A program made the position numbers and the translations under genes. Of a stretch of 64,000 nucleotides of DNA, positions 60,169 through 64,000 are shown piece by piece. Below the pieces are notes generated by a model, which was not told where the DNA came from, made no database searches, and saw only the letters and a list, made by a program, of their open reading frames with translations. The stretch comes from Leucoraja erinacea (Eukaryota): assembly GCF_028641065.1 (NCBI RefSeq), contig NC_073400.1, positions 29,388,001 to 29,452,000 on the forward strand, in the 5' to 3' direction. The first letter of the stretch is position 1, and each line of letters begins with the position of its first letter.

Positions 60169-62591
60169 AAGAAGTGCATTTCTTGGAATGTATGCGGGAT
60201 AGTTTTCTAAACCAACATGTAAAGGAACCTACGGGAGAGCAGGCTATTCTAGACTGGGTATTGAGTAATGAGGAAGGGTTAGAAGTCTTGTTGTGCGTGG
60301 CCCCTTGGGCAAGAGTGACCATAATATGGTCGAGTTCTTCATTAGGATGGAGAGTGACATTGTTAATCCAGAAACAAGGATCATGAACTTAAAGAAAGGT
60401 AACTTTGAGGGTATGAGATGTGAATTGGCCAAGATAGACTGGCAATTGATTCTTAATGGGTTGACGGTGGATATGCAATGGAAGGCATTTAAAGACTGCA
60501 TGGATGAACTACAACAATTGATCATCACAGTTCGGCAAAAAAATAAATCAGGGAAGGTAGTGCATCCGTGGATAACAAGGGAAATCAGGAATAGTATCAA
60601 AACAAAAGATGAAGCATACAAATTAGCCAGAAAAAGCAGCCTACCAGAGGACTGGGAGAAATTCAGAGACCATCAGAGGAGGACAAAGGGCTTAATTAGG
60701 AAAGGGAAAATAGATTATGAAAGGAAACTGGCAGGGAACATAAAAACTGACTGCAAAAGCTTTTATAGATATGTGAAGAGAAAAAGATTAGTTAAAACAA
60801 ATGTAGGTCCCATGAAGTCAGAAACAGGTCATTTGATCATGGGGAGCAAGGACATGGCAGACCAATTGAATAACTACTTTGGTTCTGTCTTCACTAAGGA
60901 AGACATAAATAATCTGCCGGAAATAGCAGGAGACCGGGGGTCAAATGAGATGGAGGAACTGAGTGAAATCCAGGTTAACCGGGAAGTTGTGTTAGGTAAA
61001 TTGAATGGATTAAAGCCCGATAAATCCCCAGGGCCAGGTAGGCTGCATCCCAGAGTACTTAAGGAAGTAGCCCCAGAAATGGTGGATGCATTAGTGATAA
61101 TTTTTCAAAACTCTTTAGATTCTGGAGTAGTTCCTGAGGATTGGAGGGTAGCTAATGTAACCCCACTTTTTTAAAATGGAGGGAGAGAGAAAACGGGGAA
61201 TTACAGACTAGTTAGTCTAACATCGGTAGTGGGGAAACTGCTAGAATCAGTTATTAGAGATGGGATAGCAGCACATTTGGAAAGTGGTGAAATCATTGGA
61301 CAAAGTCAGCATGGATTTATGAAAGGTAAATCATGTCTGACAAATGTTATAGAATTTTTCGAGGATGTAATTAGTAGAGTGGATAAAGGAGAGGATGTGT
61401 TATATCTGGACTTTCAGAAGGCTTTCGACAAGGTCCCACATAAGAGATTAGTATACAAACTTAAAGCACACGGTATTGGGGGTTCAGAATTGATGTGGAT
61501 AGAGAACTGGCTGGCAGACAGGAAGCAAAGAATAGGAGTAAACGGGTCTTTTTCACAATGGCAGGCAGTGACTAGTGGGGTACCGCAAAGCTCAGTTCTG
61601 GGACCCCAGCTATTTACGATATATATTAATGATTTGGACGAGCGGATTGAATGCAACATCTCCATGTTTGCGGATGACACGAAGCTGGAGGGCAGTGTTA
61701 GCTGTGAGGAAGATGCTAGGAGGCTGCAAGGTGACTTGGATAGGCTGGGTGAGTGGGCAAATGCATGGCAGATGCAGTATAATGTGGATAAATGTGAGGT
61801 TATCCACTTTGGTGGCAAAAACAGGAAAGTAGACTTATATCTGAATGGTGGCCGATTAGGAAAGGGGGAGATGGAACGAGACCTGGGTGTCATGGTACAC
61901 CAGTCATTAAAAGTAGGCAGGCAGGTGCAGCAGGCAGTGAAGAAGGCGAATGGTATGTTAGCATTCATAGCAAAAGGATTTGAGTATAGGAGCAGGGAGG
62001 TTCTACTGCAGTTGTACAGGGTCTTGGTGAGACCACACCTGGAGTATTGCGTACAGTTTTGGTCTCCTAATCTGAGGAAAGACATTCTTGCCATAGAGGG
62101 AGCACAGAGAAGGTTCACCAGACTAATTCCTGGGATGTCAGGGCTTTCAAATGAAGAAAGACTGGATAGACTCGGTTTGTACTCGCTAGAATTTAGAAGT
62201 TTGAGGGGGGATCTTATAGAAACGTACACAATTCTTAAGGGGTTGGATAGGCTAGATGCAGGAAGATTGTTCCCGATGTTGGGGAAGTCCAGAACAAGGG
62301 GTCACAGTTTAAAGATAAGGGGGAAATCTTTTAGGACTGAGATGAGGAAAACCTTTTTCACACAGAGTGTGGTGAATCTCTGGAATTCTCTGCCGCAGAA
62401 GGTAGTTGAGGCCAGTTCATTGGCTATATTTAAGAGGGAGTTAGATGTGGCCCTTGTGGCTAAAGGGACCAAGGGGTATGGAGAGAAGGCAGGTACAGGA
62501 TACTGAGTTGGATGATCAGCCATGATCATATTGAATGGCGGTGCAGGCTCGAAGGTCCGAATGGCCTACTGCACCTATTTTCTTTGTTTCT
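60169..62591 (+). mobile_element. 5'-truncated young CR1 LINE (ORF2 RT) in the last intron of gene D
   Basis: ORFs 60293-61174 and 61229-62506 are in one frame split by a TAA. Motifs YLDFQKAFD, SGVPQ and FADD. Flanked by ATGG; empty site in gene B at about 23845-23865. Confidence 0.95.
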
Positions 62592-62643
62592 ATGGCCTAA
62601 TTCTGCTCCTATAATTTATGAACATGATGACAGTAAACCCTAC

Positions 62644-62734
62644 CTTAGAGTCTCTTGTGAACACCGCGGTTGAGATACTCCAGATCACAAGCAGGAGAAA
62701 GAACATCCAGCGCCCCACTTTCCATGAGATGTAA
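62644..62734 (-). CDS. Gene D (5' part outside window) TM exon (YISWKVGRWMFFLLLVIWSISTAVFTRDSK)
   Basis: 91-nt paralog of the gene B TM exon; canonical splice sites. Confidence 0.85.
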
Positions 62735-64000
62735 CTGGGCAAAGGTCAAGAAATACAGAGTCAATGGGAGGAAACGAGGCGGTTTATCTTTAAAGCATTT
62801 ACCTGTTATCTGCTTCATAATCTTGGTGAAGTGGAGCGGGGCGAAGCGGTAGCGTCAGTGGAGACCATCTTTGTAAAAGAACGGGTGTTGGACTGGGGGG
62901 GGGGGGGGGGGGGGGGGACAACATATGATCACCAATTGTTGACATCATTGCTGGGGCATGGCTACAAGACTGGGAATGAGAGACTACGCGGTTAAATGGA
63001 TTCAGAGAAGACAGATAAATAAGTCATGAGCTGGGACAGTGAATACAAAACAGATGGACACAAAATGTTGGAGAAACAGCGGGAGTGGCAGCATCTCTCT
63101 AGAGAGAAGGAATGCGTGAAGTTCCAGGTCGAGACCCTTCCTAAGACCGAGAATCACGGGAGAGGGAAACTGTGGATGTGGAAGGATACAAAGAACAGTG
63201 TGATACCCTGGAAGAAATAAAATGCAGCTGCAAGATTATAATAAAATCCATTTGGATAGACAGGAATAATAAAAACGGATCAATTCCAATAATGGAAGGG
63301 AGATGAGGCAATAAAAATGGAAACAGATGAGGCCAATTAATAAAATAAATTTAAAAATGATTATGCTTAATGACACACCCTGGATACTTCGTGGATCAAC
63401 GCGGTAGGTGTGTGGATGGAGGAATTGTGTTCGAAAAATCGGTTAAAGATTCGCTCATAACGGCGTGGCTTTCATGAACATTTGCTAACGCAAGTATAAC
63501 ACAAGAGTGTGATAGAAAGTCAGATATATTTCAAATGTGATAAGATAAATAACAACGTGTTATCACTTTCATGGCTATATTATGATTGAATATTTAATGG
63601 TTTCAAGTATCAACGAGTAAGAGAGAGTCAGTTAACTCATTTTGCTGTATTCGGTCTGATTCAAGACTATTTTCTCAAATTCTGCGCCAGCGATTTTCTG
63701 GTGTATGGCCCCACCAATGACAAGGTGTTACCACAAGTGATATCAAGGGGAGTGTGGTGTAGCCCATCATTCATAATGCATTTCCCTATCAGCATCACCC
63801 AAGAGCAAGTCACACCAAAGCCAAACTGGAAGACTAGGGTTTGGGAACTATATTAATCTCACAGCATGGGATGAGGTGAGTGATGGAGCAGTCATGTTGA
63901 ATACTGCAGGGAGCGCTCTCTGAAAAGCATCAAATGGAGGAACTTGTTCTTATCATCCAAGCATGTACACAACACAATGAGATGTAAACCAGTGCGATTC

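Noticed and set aside
61414-62229. 271-aa minus-strand ORF
   Set aside because: Antisense shadow of the CR1 reverse transcriptase

Overview
Eukaryotic, repeat-rich genomic DNA. The repeat set (CR1 LINEs with (TTTCTATG)n tails, tRNA-derived SINEs, Penelope-type elements) points to a cartilaginous fish, probably a skate or ray; this is an inference. The main content is a tandem, minus-strand cluster of CD300/pIgR-like immunoglobulin-superfamily paired receptors. They resemble, from recall, the skate modular domain immune-type receptors (MDIR). I rebuilt the exons by hand from AG/GT sites and reading phase. Gene C (39592-56419) is a complete 803-aa inhibitory receptor: leader-V-V-V-C2-V-C2-stalk-neutral TM-tail with 3 ITIMs. 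Gene B (23251-30885) is a complete 281-aa activating-type receptor: leader-V-C2-stalk-TM with Lys/Arg-short tail. Gene A (12746-19446) shares a near-identical leader+V block with B but has no recognisable stalk exon, so it is either a secreted form or a pseudogene. Gene D (59522-62734) contributes only its TM and tail exons; the rest lies beyond the window. There is also an orphan intact V exon (33443-33760), an inverted start-less leader exon (9565-9601), an ERV LTR with a tRNA-Ser primer-binding site, and many TE fragments. A 138-N gap sits at 8377-8514. Most ORFs in the supplied track are spurious or TE-derived.
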